DNA from: Candidatus Methanosuratincola mesotaenarum
Lineage (GTDB): Archaea; Thermoproteota; Methanomethylicia; Methanomethylicales; Methanomethylicaceae
Assembly (NCBI GenBank): GCA_038801705.1
Contig: JAULTC010000002.1
Span: 3,072-67,071, forward strand
Reading direction: 5' to 3'
DNA: 64,000 nt
A program made the translations under genes and the position numbers. Shown piece after piece: positions 20,006 to 29,573 of the stretch. How positions within the stretch are numbered: the first letter of the stretch is position 1; each line of letters begins with the position of its first letter. The notes under the pieces are model-generated. The model saw nothing but the letters and a program-made list of their open reading frames with translations. It did no database searches and was not told where the DNA came from.

Positions 20006-20036
20006 CCCTTTTTTCCTTTCTTTTTTTTGTTTTTAT
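20006..20036 (+). terminator. oligo-T archaeal terminator
   Basis: CCCTTTTTTCCTTTCTTTTTTTTGTTTTTATGG directly after the stop at 19989. Confidence 0.4.
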
Positions 20037-20063
20037 GGCTTCAGCCTTTGGCTGGCTCTGGGT

Positions 20064-20762
20064 TCAGTCTGGAATGGAATGCTCCGCAAGATCCATCAGG
20101 GCCTTCTTTGGCTCAGGCACTTTAACTATCCCGGAGGCGACCAACACCCCCTCGGCACCCAGCTTTATGGCAGCAGAAACATCTTTGCCAGAGGTTATCC
20201 CGGCGCCGCAGAGCACGTGCATACCGCCCGAGACTCCCTTTATTAGGTGCACGGCATCCATAACCACCTCTGGCCTGGCCTTGGAGACAGAGATGCCGCT
20301 CCCGATCAGCTCTGGGGGTTCGACTGCGACCACATCTGGGTTGAAGCTTGCAACAGCACGACCAGCCAACGGTGTGTTTGCGCAGACGCATGTCAGCAAG
20401 CCCAAGGAGGAACAGCGCCTTACAGCCACCTCGATCAGATCCACTCTCAGCCTCCGCTCGGAGTGGTTCAATATCGCCCCCGAAACACCCGCTTCCTTCA
20501 GCGACTCGGGGGTTATGCTCCCCGTGTGGGCACCAGGCTCCTCCGGGTCCACGTGCTGCGAGAAGACCGGGATGGCCACACTGCTAGCGACCCTGAAGAG
20601 GTCGGCCGCCTGCGGAGCAACCGCTATACAAATGCCAGTTTCACCGGAAACTTCCTCTGCCGACTTGGCAATTCTCAGACCGTTCTCGCCCAAGGACTCC
20701 TTGTATGTCTTGAAGTTCACGAGGATCAGCGGAAAAGTGACGTTCAGTGCGCAAACCCCCAA
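20064..20762 (-). CDS. tpiA: triosephosphate isomerase (archaeal type)
   Basis: Near-collinear with remembered archaeal TIM: LILVNFKTYKES, NHSERR, AVEPPELIGSGISVSKA, VLCGAGI, GVLVASG. The start codon is uncertain (TTG). Confidence 0.85.
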   Translation of the reverse strand: MGVCALNVTFPLILVNFKTYKESLGENGLRIAKSAEEVSGETGICIAVAPQAADLFRVASSVAIPVFSQHVDPEEPGAHTGSITPESLKEAGVSGAILNHSERRLRVDLIEVAVRRCSSLGLLTCVCANTPLAGRAVASFNPDVVAVEPPELIGSGISVSKARPEVVMDAVHLIKGVSGGMHVLCGAGITSGKDVSAAIKLGAEGVLVASGIVKVPEPKKALMDLAEHSIPD

Positions 20763-20799
20763 AGGTTATCAAAACTAAAAATAGAAAAAGCTGGTTTTG

Positions 20800-21087
20800 T
20801 CAGCTGCCTTCCTTCTTTTCGTCGGTCGGTTTGGCAGCGGCAGGCTCAGTCTTCCCGGCGGCATCTGAGATTTCAGGTATCTCCTCGAGAGGCTTCGGAG
20901 GGGGGGTTGTTGCCATGGTATACCCAATCCACCCCGCAATACCGAGTACGGCAAGAACCGCCACAAGGACTGGGATGACTATGGCCCACCAAGACCACGG
21001 TGTAAAGAAGAGCCACCACACGTAAACGACTATCAGAATTACCGATGCAGTAAGTATGCCTGCGCCTATTGCCTGATCTTTTGACAT
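20800..21087 (-). CDS. small membrane protein, hypothetical
   Basis: Two transmembrane helices and a Pro/Ala/Lys-rich tail. ATG at MSKDQ. Confidence 0.4.
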   Translation of the reverse strand: MSKDQAIGAGILTASVILIVVYVWWLFFTPWSWWAIVIPVLVAVLAVLGIAGWIGYTMATTPPPKPLEEIPEISDAAGKTEPAAAKPTDEKKEGS

Positions 21088-21177
21088 GACCACGCGCCTC
21101 TTTGTTTCATTAAAGGGAGCTTGCCTCAATTTAAGCTTTTATATTTGGTAATGGATTATGCCTTGGAATGGTAGATT

Positions 21178-22017
21178 ATGCCTGTAAGCCCACTCATTGA
21201 TTTTGATACCGAGTATGTGGCTTCCAAGATATGCGAATTCATAAGAACCAAGGTAAGGGACAGGGGCGCGGTCATAGGGCTGAGCGGGGGGATCGACTCG
21301 TCGGTGGCGGTAACCCTCTCAGTCAGGGCACTTGGCAAGGAAAAGGTCCTCGCGCTCGTGATGCCGGATTCGAGTGCCACTCCAAGCGAGGACACGGAGG
21401 ACGCTAGAGAACTGGCCATGAGGCTGGGGATCAGGTGCAGGACCATTGACATCACCAAAGTTTCGGAGAACCTCACAGAGATTGCATCTGCAGGATGTGA
21501 GAAAAAGGACAGAATTGCAGAGGGGAACGTGAGGGCGAGGGTGAGGATGACAACCCTTTATTACATAGCGAATTCGGAGTGGGGGATGGTGGTAGGGAGC
21601 GGGGACAGGAGCGAGCTGTTGATCGGATACTTCACTAAGTATGGCGACGGTGGGGTAGACTTGCTCCCGCTCGGATGTCTCTATAAGACCCAGGTCAGGG
21701 AGCTTGCTAGGAATTTGGGGCTCCCGCAAAAGATCATTCAGAAAAAGAGCTCCCCGAGACTGTGGAGGGGGCAGACTGCGGAGGGAGAAATCGGCATCAG
21801 CTACAAGGAGATCGATGCGATCCTTTACAGGATCGTCGACCTCAGGATGAAAAAAGACGAGATTGTGAGGGAACTTGGTCCGGGCTCCGCTGTCAATATA
21901 GAAAAGATTACTGATATGATCAGGGATAGCGCCCACAAGAGAAGGGGACCCCAGATACCCAAGTTGTCGGAGATCATGGCTTCGAAAAAACCATCGGTTA
22001 AAGGCGGGTCGGATTAA
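21178..22017 (+). CDS. nadE: NH3-dependent NAD+ synthetase
   Basis: PP-loop GLSGGIDSSV and the size and pattern of single-domain NadE. Confidence 0.85.
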   Translation: MPVSPLIDFDTEYVASKICEFIRTKVRDRGAVIGLSGGIDSSVAVTLSVRALGKEKVLALVMPDSSATPSEDTEDARELAMRLGIRCRTIDITKVSENLTEIASAGCEKKDRIAEGNVRARVRMTTLYYIANSEWGMVVGSGDRSELLIGYFTKYGDGGVDLLPLGCLYKTQVRELARNLGLPQKIIQKKSSPRLWRGQTAEGEIGISYKEIDAILYRIVDLRMKKDEIVRELGPGSAVNIEKITDMIRDSAHKRRGPQIPKLSEIMASKKPSVKGGSD

Positions 22018-22547
22018 TGGGATTGCTGGACGCTATCCGCGAGAGTATGGAAAGGGGCGCCCCGTTGGAGGAGCTTGTTAAAGACCTATGCTGGAAGGAC
22101 TTTGAGGGTTTTGCTTCGGACATATTCTCGGAGAACGGCTTCATTGTGCACAGGAATGTCAGGTTCGCCTCTGGATCTGGAAGGAGGAGGTATGAGATCG
22201 ACGTCGCTGCTTTCCAGAGGCCCCGAGTCGTGCTCGTCGACTGTAAGCACTGGGGGGTGAGGACAGGCAAGTCGAGCGGTATAAGAGGCGCGGCAGCAAA
22301 ACAGGGAATCAGGGCGCATCAATTCGAGGGTAAGTTGCCCGAGGTCTTCCCTGAGGCGACCGCGTGGGAAAGGACATTGGTCATACCGGTGATCGTTACG
22401 CTCCACCAGGAGGGAGTTATCGAGCACAATGGTGTCTTTGTCGCCCCCATCTTCAAGCTGAACCGGTTCATCGAGGAACTCAGGTGCGGACTCTTCGACG
22501 GCAGGGAGATCAAGGTCACCAGCCTTAGGCAGTTCCTAGGTGTCTGA
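22017..22547 (+). CDS. restriction-endonuclease-like (Mrr-cat / PD-(D/E)xK) domain protein
   Basis: D...EIDVAA...VVLVDCKHW core. The ATG overlaps the nadE stop (TAATG). Confidence 0.55.
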   Translation: MGLLDAIRESMERGAPLEELVKDLCWKDFEGFASDIFSENGFIVHRNVRFASGSGRRRYEIDVAAFQRPRVVLVDCKHWGVRTGKSSGIRGAAAKQGIRAHQFEGKLPEVFPEATAWERTLVIPVIVTLHQEGVIEHNGVFVAPIFKLNRFIEELRCGLFDGREIKVTSLRQFLGV

Positions 22548-23910
22548 TCTCTGCAAGCCTTCTCGCAATGCGGATCGCCCTCATTGCCACCTCGACCGCA
22601 TCTTTCCCGAATACCAGCATCATAGGCTCCTTCCCCCAGCCGCCCGTGTGATAGACGACATCTGGCACTCTACCGAACGATCTGACAGCTTCGCCTATGC
22701 CCCAAGGGATTGAGGCGCCTTCAGCTGACTTCACATCCTCAGGCTCCTTGGTCCGGTCGTAGGAGGAGCACGAATATCCGAGATCTTTCAGGGTCTGCAG
22801 CATCTCATCAGAGTAGCGTATATTCATTGCTGACCGTGCCTCAGGATCGTATTTCATAGCCGAGAGGATCGCCCGTGCCACATGCCACGAACCTCCAAAA
22901 GCAGGGCAGGAAGCGGCCTTGAGATGCCCGCCTACATTCGAGATCCTGCCAGGGACGCCGCATACGGATTCCACGCCAGTGGCGTATCTCAGGGGCAGGG
23001 ACATTGCCAGGTTTATCTGGCATTCCGGGGAGAGGAGGGGCACATACTCCGAGGACTCGAGCATGAAGATGCCCTCGCCCACAGAGGTGGAGACCCGGAA
23101 CCTCTCGGCATCGATCTCCAGATTAGAGACAGGGTTCACAGGACCTACACCCCTCCCAACCTCAAGGCCGAAGAGTATTGCGTTCGAGACGAACAGCTTT
23201 GCCATCCTGACCGCTTCCTCGACAGGGCGCCCTAGCGCCAAGTAGGAAACGACTGCGGCTGAGAATGTGCAACCTGTTCCGTGTGTGCTCCTGGACGGTA
23301 TGCGCGTCCCCCTGTAAAACACCGGATTCATGCCTTTGGAGAAGAGGGTGTCGACGGGGTCTCCGGGCAGGTGACCGCCCTTGACGACGACGTGTCGCGC
23401 CCCCATGTCCAGCAACGCCTTCCCGGCCCTCAGGACATCATCAAGGGATTTGATTGGGATCTGCGTGAGGACCGATGCCTCATCAATGTTCGGGGTGAGC
23501 ACATAGGCTGAGGGTATGAGCAGATCCTTCATGGATGAGACGGCTTCCACTTTTAGCAGGGGTGCGCCAGACTTTGCAACCATCACAGGATCCACCACAG
23601 TTACCAATCCGTGTTCCATTACGGATCTGGAGACCTCGCAGATTATTGGGGAGCTCGAGAGCATCCCAGTCTTGACAAACTTTACATTCATGTCCCGAAC
23701 AATCGCGTCTATCTGAGCCCTCACCATCCCAGGTGGGATCTCATGGACGGATGAGACTCCGGTTGTGTTCTGGGCAGTTACGGCTGTGACGGCTACAGTA
23801 CCGTGCAATCCGAGTGCCGCGAAGGTCTTAAGGTCTGCCTGAATCCCCGCTCCTCCTCCAGAGTCGGATCCGGCTATTGTCATGGCAACAGGGGGGGCAT
23901 TAATTTTTGT
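22525..23910 (-). CDS. thiDN: bifunctional HMP/HMP-P kinase fused to ThiN-type thiamine-phosphate synthase
   Basis: N-terminal ThiD motifs: GSDSGGGAGIQADLKT, VKTGML, HGTGCTFSAA. A ~180-aa ThiN-like extension at the C-terminus. Confidence 0.8.
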   Translation of the reverse strand, partial: TKINAPPVAMTIAGSDSGGGAGIQADLKTFAALGLHGTVAVTAVTAQNTTGVSSVHEIPPGMVRAQIDAIVRDMNVKFVKTGMLSSSPIICEVSRSVMEHGLVTVVDPVMVAKSGAPLLKVEAVSSMKDLLIPSAYVLTPNIDEASVLTQIPIKSLDDVLRAGKALLDMGARHVVVKGGHLPGDPVDTLFSKGMNPVFYRGTRIPSRSTHGTGCTFSAAVVSYLALGRPVEEAVRMAKLFVSNAILFGLEVGRGVGPVNPVSNLEIDAERFRVSTSVGEGIFMLESSEYVPLLSPECQINLAMSLPLRYATGVESVCGVPGRISNVGGHLKAASCPAFGGSWHVARAILSAMKYDPEARSAMNIRYSDEMLQTLKDLGYSCSSYDRTKEPEDVKSAEGASIPWGIGEAVRSFGRVPDVVYHTGGWGKEPMMLVFGKDAVEVAMRAIRIARRLAEIRHLGTA

Positions 23911-23982
23911 CATATTAACCCTCAATAATTTTATATGATGGGGTTTATAAGGAATTCATATAATTCATGAATAAACCTCTTT

Positions 23983-24957
23983 ATGGTGTGCAATTTGAAC
24001 CCGCCATGTGAGCTTACAGTGAAAGAGCTGCTTCCGCTTCTGAGAACGCTAATCGCGAAGGAGCTAGCCGAGAGCCACGGCTACACCCAGACTAGGATCG
24101 CGAAGAGGCTCGGGGTGACGCAGGCCGCAGTGAGCGGATACTTGACTCAGCAACTGACTGATGCAGAGATCGAGCCCTTCTCGAGCAAGGAGCTGAGGGA
24201 GATAGCCAAGAACATGGCATCCGAGATCACGATGAAACGGTTCTCAAATGCGGACATGATAAACAACATCTGCGAGATCTGCCTTAACCTAAGGCGTGGG
24301 GGATCTATATGCCATGCCCACAAGGAGAGGATCCCTGAGCTCGAGGATGAGAAATGCAACATATGCATGCAGTTGCACATGAGCCTTACAGACCTCTCGG
24401 ACATGCGGAGGGCGACATTGAGCGACCTGACCGTTGCGGTCTCGATGATTGAGAACACCCCCGAGTTCGCTGAGCTGGAGCCGCAGGTGCTCTCCAACAT
24501 AGTCATGGCGCTGAAGAACGCTAAGGGCGTTGCCGATGTTGCAGGAATCCCGGGAAGGCTGGTCAAGATAAGGGGCAAGGTCGTGTCCTTGATGGATCCA
24601 GAGTTCGGCGTCTCGAGCCACTTGGCCAAGCTCCTCCTGAGGGCGATGGGAGTCAACCCCGAAGTGAGATCTGTGATAAACATAGCCTACAACGACTGTG
24701 TCGAGGATATCATAAAGAGGATGGGATTCTCCTGCGCGATATTCGAGAGGAGGCCCTCGCAGAGGGGCGAGGAAGAACTCTTCGACTTCGTGGAGGATGC
24801 ATTCAAGGAGAGAAAAGGCTGGGTTGACATAGTTGTTGATTCTGGAGGGGTTGGGATAGAGCCGAACGCCTATTTCTTCGAAAAGAACGCCCTCAGGCTG
24901 GCGGACAGGATCGTGAGAGTCGCAAGGCTGGTCGCCGCTAAGAAGGCGCAGAAGTGA
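23983..24957 (+). CDS. ThiR-like regulator: HTH + Cys-rich insert + ThiN-like domain
   Basis: HTH RIAKRLGVTQAAVSGYL. Cys/His cluster CEICLN...CHAH...CNIC. C-terminal ThiN-like VVDSGGVGIEPNAYFF. Divergent from thiDN. Confidence 0.6.
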   Translation: MVCNLNPPCELTVKELLPLLRTLIAKELAESHGYTQTRIAKRLGVTQAAVSGYLTQQLTDAEIEPFSSKELREIAKNMASEITMKRFSNADMINNICEICLNLRRGGSICHAHKERIPELEDEKCNICMQLHMSLTDLSDMRRATLSDLTVAVSMIENTPEFAELEPQVLSNIVMALKNAKGVADVAGIPGRLVKIRGKVVSLMDPEFGVSSHLAKLLLRAMGVNPEVRSVINIAYNDCVEDIIKRMGFSCAIFERRPSQRGEEELFDFVEDAFKERKGWVDIVVDSGGVGIEPNAYFFEKNALRLADRIVRVARLVAAKKAQK

Positions 24958-25010
24958 GGTATACATTTATTATTCCCAGAGAGGTAGAATCTTGGGAAAC
25001 GGTGTAGTGC

Positions 25011-26162
25011 TTGCCCGCAAACCTACCTCCCCAGGCAAGGGCCGCAGAGAGGAGATACATCGAGGCAAAAACGCTACCCGAGAAGATAAAGTATCTCCAA
25101 GAATTCATATCATCGATCCCTGAGCACAAAGGCAACGAAAAGATGAGGAGGTACCTCAGGAGGCGCCTCGCCGAGCTCAAGGAGGAGCTCGAAGAGCAGA
25201 AGAAGAGAAAGTCGGGCGGCGGGGGCGGCGGTTTCTCTGTAAAAAAGGAAGGAGCTGCTCAGGTGGCACTGGTCGGGCTGACCGGATCTGGGAAGAGCAG
25301 CATACTCGACTCCACGACAAACGCAAAGGTTGAGGTGGGGGCCCATCCGTTCACCACCAAGGAGCCTGTCCCAGGTATGCTTGAATTTGAGGACCTCCAG
25401 TTCCAGCTTGTTGACACGCCAGCAATATTCGAAGGAGCAAGCTACGGGCTCTCGTGGGGATCTCAGCTAATGAGCGTGATAAGGAATGCAGATGGGTTAA
25501 TGATTGTGTTGGACGGATACGACCCTGTTGGTCAGTACGGGACGATAATTAAAGAGCTTGGCATGGCAGGAATAACGACCGACATGAGTTCGAGGAAGAT
25601 AGAGATCGAAAGGACCACTGGTGGAGGCATACAGATCGCATGCACCGGCAGGATCACATGCAGGATGGAGGAGGTCGATAGTATCCTGAAGGAGGCGGGG
25701 GTCAGGAATGCGATCGTTAGGATACGGGGGGACGCAGGGAAGGAGGACATCCTTGGTGCGCTGGAGCAGACCAAGACCTACAAGCCGTCGCTTATCCTGA
25801 TAAACAAGATCGACGCATATCCTGAGGCGCCAAAAGAATTTTCGAAGCTGACCGGGAAGGAGGCATACGGGGTCTCTGCAAAGACAGGATTGGGGCTGGT
25901 CAACCTTGGCAGGGAGATATTCAGGATGCTTGGGATAATCAGGGTCTATACCAAGGAGGTGGGAGGGGGGCCTGCAGCGAAACCAATCATAATGAGGCGG
26001 GGCGCGAAGGTCATCGACGTTGCGAAGGTGGTCCACTCACACCTCTACAAGAACTTCAAGATAGCCAGGATCTGGGGCCCTTCAGCCAAATATGACGCCG
26101 AGAAGGTGGGGGCAGACCACGAGCTTGCGGACGGGGATGTTGTCGAGATAAGGATAAAGTAA
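25011..26162 (+). CDS. DRG/Obg-family GTPase with C-terminal TGS domain
   Basis: Gly-rich linker SGGGGGGFSV, G1 GLTGSGKSS, G3 DTPAI, NKID, and a C-terminal segment collinear with remembered archaeal DRG. TTG start. Confidence 0.8.
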   Translation: MPANLPPQARAAERRYIEAKTLPEKIKYLQEFISSIPEHKGNEKMRRYLRRRLAELKEELEEQKKRKSGGGGGGFSVKKEGAAQVALVGLTGSGKSSILDSTTNAKVEVGAHPFTTKEPVPGMLEFEDLQFQLVDTPAIFEGASYGLSWGSQLMSVIRNADGLMIVLDGYDPVGQYGTIIKELGMAGITTDMSSRKIEIERTTGGGIQIACTGRITCRMEEVDSILKEAGVRNAIVRIRGDAGKEDILGALEQTKTYKPSLILINKIDAYPEAPKEFSKLTGKEAYGVSAKTGLGLVNLGREIFRMLGIIRVYTKEVGGGPAAKPIIMRRGAKVIDVAKVVHSHLYKNFKIARIWGPSAKYDAEKVGADHELADGDVVEIRIK

Positions 26163-26273
26163 AATAAAGAAAGAAAGCAAAACAGTAACCAGTTTTTATC
26201 CGGGCAGAAAGAATTATTTTATGCAAAGAACACGGTATATCGAATGGCGTTCCTTAGGGATTGGTGAAGGAAG

Positions 26274-27515
26274 ATGGTCAGGATAGCGCAGATATCATGC
26301 GGATCAGAGTATAGCGGGATTCAGGCTGAGATCGAGAAGGCAGCGAAGATTGTTGGCGGACAGATATTCGTGCCAGAGGTCGATGTCTCGGAGATCAGGA
26401 CTATCGAGGACGAGCTCGGTTTCCATGTGGCTAGTCCGGGCCTGAGAGTGATGATGGCGAGGGCAAAGGCGATAGTAGAAGGAATAGTAGACGCGGACGG
26501 AGTGTTCATTGCGACCTGCTTCAGGTGCGCCGAGGGTGCGCTTGTGAGGAGTATCGTCAGGAGGTACATCCAGAGCCAGACGAAGATCCCAGTCGTGACC
26601 TACTCGTTCACAGAGAGGACCAAGGCAGGCGCCCTCCTGCTGCGTATGGAGGCACTGGTGAACATAATAGACAAGAAGCCGCTCTTTGCCAGGACGAAGC
26701 AGGAGGGAATAACTGCTGGGATCGACTCGGGCTCGACCACGACAAAGGCCGTTGTGATGAAGGATAACGAGATCATAGGCCAAGGGTGGCTCCCAACCAC
26801 CGGCGTCCTTGAGTCGGGCATGACTGCACTCAACCAGGCGCTCAAGGAAGCAGGCATTGAGGAGTCGCGGCTCGAGGGGATAGGCGTCACAGGCTACGGC
26901 AGGACGATACTGAAAGAGAAGTACAAGGCACAGCTGGCAATGGAAGAGGTCTCAACCTGCTCGAAGGGAGCACTCTTCATGACTGACAAGCAGAGGGGGG
27001 ACGCGACCGTGATAGACATCGGAGGGATGGACAACAAGGCGGTGACGCTTTATGACAGCATCCCTGACAGCTTCACGGTCGGGGGGGTCTGCGCAGGCGC
27101 CTCCGGGAGGTTCCTCGAGACGACGGCAAAAAGGCTCGGCGTACCGATAGAGCAGTTCGGCGATCTTGCGATGAAAGGGAACTGGAAGGATGCGCCGATG
27201 AATGCCTACTGCATCGTTTTCGGGCTGCAGGACCTCGTTGCAGCTCTTGCCGGGGGTGCCAAGCCGGAGGACGCTGCCGCTGCCGCATGTCACAGCGTAG
27301 CCGAGCAGGTCTTCGAGCAGCAGCTTCAGGAGATAGACATAAGGTACCCGATAATCCAAGTTGGTTCAACCGCACTTGTCAAGGGGCTGGTGAAAGCACT
27401 CTCCGAGATACTGAGCGTGGAGATGATAGTTCCAAAAAAGCCTAACCTGATCGGGTGTGTCGGTGCAGCGGTAATGGTATCTGGGATGAAGGAATTGGAG
27501 GAGGCTGGGAAATAA
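26274..27515 (+). CDS. BadF/BadG/BcrA/BcrD-type ASKHA ATPase (methanogenesis marker 15-like)
   Basis: [14 protein letters not shown] phosphate-1 motif, IDIGGMDNK and GGVCAG. About 410 aa. Sits immediately upstream of ycaO-tfuA. Confidence 0.6.
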   Translation: MVRIAQISCGSEYSGIQAEIEKAAKIVGGQIFVPEVDVSEIRTIEDELGFHVASPGLRVMMARAKAIVEGIVDADGVFIATCFRCAEGALVRSIVRRYIQSQTKIPVVTYSFTERTKAGALLLRMEALVNIIDKKPLFARTKQEGITAGIDSGSTTTKAVVMKDNEIIGQGWLPTTGVLESGMTALNQALKEAGIEESRLEGIGVTGYGRTILKEKYKAQLAMEEVSTCSKGALFMTDKQRGDATVIDIGGMDNKAVTLYDSIPDSFTVGGVCAGASGRFLETTAKRLGVPIEQFGDLAMKGNWKDAPMNAYCIVFGLQDLVAALAGGAKPEDAAAAACHSVAEQVFEQQLQEIDIRYPIIQVGSTALVKGLVKALSEILSVEMIVPKKPNLIGCVGAAVMVSGMKELEEAGK

Positions 27516-27530
27516 GCGATCGAGGATGCG

Positions 27531-28763
27531 ATGCACATGAACCTGAGGCCAGTCCCTAAGGGATATACAGCGGGCACGCACAGGGAGATCCCGCCGGCTA
27601 AGACGCTGGAACTGATCAACAGGATCAAGGAGAAGGCAGGGATCACCAGGGTTGCGGAGATAACAGGGCTGGACCGTATCGGGATACCAATATTCACCTC
27701 CATAAGACCGATGGCATCGCAGGGGGCAGTCACGGTGTACACTGGAAAGGGCTATTCCCCAGAGGAAGCAGAGGTATCGGCAATAATGGAGGGAATAGAG
27801 AGGTTTTCGGCGGAGCCGCGGGGCTTGGGACTTGTGAGGGGAGCGTACAGGGATCTCAGCGGGCATAGGGATGTGTTGGACCCAAACAGGCTGATCTTGC
27901 CGCGTAGGTATCTGACTTCCGAGGAGATAGAATGGGCTGAAGGGTATTCGCTCACGCGTAGATCGGGCGTGCTCGTACCAGCGGAGGCTGTGTTCCACCC
28001 CTACAGCAGGCATAACCAGCTTTTCCGCACCAACACCAACGGTCTCGCGGTCGGCAATGCGCTGGAGGAAGCAATAGTACACGGGCTGATGGAGGTGATC
28101 GAGAGGGACGCATGGTCCCTCTTCGAGGCTGGGAGGGTAAGAGGTAGGGATCTCGAGCTCACGGAATGCGAGAGCCCGATGGTGAGGATGATTTTGGAAA
28201 AGCTCGATAATGCAGGGATCGAAGTCTATGCAAAGGACATCACCTCGGACGTGGGGATACCAACGGTGGCGGTTGCCATCGACGACGAGCTGACGAGGGA
28301 TCCCGCACTGCTCTCGCTCGGGGTGGGGACCCACCTGGTGGCAGAGATCGCTGCCGTGAGGGCGCTGACCGAAGCAGTCCAAAGCAGGCTGACCACCATC
28401 CACGGAACCAGGGAGGACACCGTGAAGGCCGAGTTCGCCAGGAGGATAGGATACGAGAGGATGAAGAAGATAAACAGGCGATGGTTTTCATCCAGCCCAG
28501 AAAGGGTCAACCTAGGCGAGCTGAGATCCTTTTCGGGGAAGGACTTCCTTGAGGACATCAGATACACCCTCAATAGGCTGGACCGCGCAGGGCTGCAGGA
28601 GGCGATAGTCATCGACCTCACGCGGGTGGAGACAGGCATACCGGCGGTCCGGGTGATAGTCCCAGGGCTCGAGGTCTATGCGCTAGACAAGGAGAGGGCC
28701 GGGAGGAGGCTCTCTGCGCATCTAGGGGCAACGAACCCCAGCGGCGAGTCTTCCCAGTACTAG
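27531..28763 (+). CDS. ycaO: YcaO-domain protein (McrA glycine thioamidation)
   Basis: YcaO ATP-binding core: SAIMEGIERFSA, NGLAVGNALEEAIVHGLMEVIERDAW. About 410 aa, followed by tfuA. Confidence 0.8.
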   Translation: MHMNLRPVPKGYTAGTHREIPPAKTLELINRIKEKAGITRVAEITGLDRIGIPIFTSIRPMASQGAVTVYTGKGYSPEEAEVSAIMEGIERFSAEPRGLGLVRGAYRDLSGHRDVLDPNRLILPRRYLTSEEIEWAEGYSLTRRSGVLVPAEAVFHPYSRHNQLFRTNTNGLAVGNALEEAIVHGLMEVIERDAWSLFEAGRVRGRDLELTECESPMVRMILEKLDNAGIEVYAKDITSDVGIPTVAVAIDDELTRDPALLSLGVGTHLVAEIAAVRALTEAVQSRLTTIHGTREDTVKAEFARRIGYERMKKINRRWFSSSPERVNLGELRSFSGKDFLEDIRYTLNRLDRAGLQEAIVIDLTRVETGIPAVRVIVPGLEVYALDKERAGRRLSAHLGATNPSGESSQY

Positions 28764-28781
28764 CAACCTGCGGTGCATGAG

Positions 28782-29444
28782 ATGAAGGTTGTCATTTTTC
28801 TCGGACCGAGCCTGCCGCATGAGGAGGCACAGAGGATCCTCAGCGACGCAGAATACCGCCCGCCAGCAGCTAGGGGAGATATCATGAGGGCTGCAGCTGG
28901 GGAGGCGGAGGTGATAGCCCTGATCGATGGTGTGTTCTACCAGCAGGCAGCGGTCTCTCACCGCGAGATCCTCCATGCGATAGGCAAGAGGATAAAGGTC
29001 TTTGGCGGTTCGAGCATGGGCGCACTCAGGGCATCTGAGCTGGATGTCTACGGGATGATCGGCATCGGCACGGTTTACGAATGGTACAAAGCAGGCAAGA
29101 TAAGGTCTGACGATGAAGTTGCACTGGCATTCCATCCGGGGGACTTCAGACCGCTCTCAGAACCCCTCGTGAACATCAGAGCCACGCTGGAGCAGGCACT
29201 GGCTTCTGGCGGCATAACCCAGCAGGAACATGACGCAGTCCTCACTGCAGCGAAGGATGTCCCATTCCAACTGAGGAATTACCCCAGGATACTCCAGAGG
29301 GCTGTCCACGGAGGGATCAGTGGCACGAGGGCAGGGGAGATACTAGACCTCATCAAACGGATGCGGGTAGACCTGAAGAGAGAAGACGCAACCAAAGTTC
29401 TAGAGAGGATCAAGGAAATCCAGAACCATTCTAATGTACAATAA
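28782..29444 (+). CDS. tfuA: TfuA-like protein
   Basis: MKVVIFLGPSL...ARGDI...IALIDGVF...GGSSMGALRA TfuA pattern. The ORF opens with GTG at 28773. Confidence 0.8.
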   Translation: MKVVIFLGPSLPHEEAQRILSDAEYRPPAARGDIMRAAAGEAEVIALIDGVFYQQAAVSHREILHAIGKRIKVFGGSSMGALRASELDVYGMIGIGTVYEWYKAGKIRSDDEVALAFHPGDFRPLSEPLVNIRATLEQALASGGITQQEHDAVLTAAKDVPFQLRNYPRILQRAVHGGISGTRAGEILDLIKRMRVDLKREDATKVLERIKEIQNHSNVQ

Positions 29445-29573
29445 ATAAGGCAAGTAACGAATAACTCGATCAGCAAAAAGTGAGAAAATGCTTCGTGAGT
29501 CGTTACTGCGTAATAGCTACAAAGTTAAATACATCGGCTTTCAAAATAAGTTGTCTTTAGGGTGTAGGGCACA

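Noticed and set aside
25200-25240. Poly-G tract (GGCGGCGGGGGCGGCGG) as a possible homopolymer or frameshift site.
   Set aside because: It encodes the conserved Gly-rich linker (SGGGGGGF) of DRG GTPases in frame.
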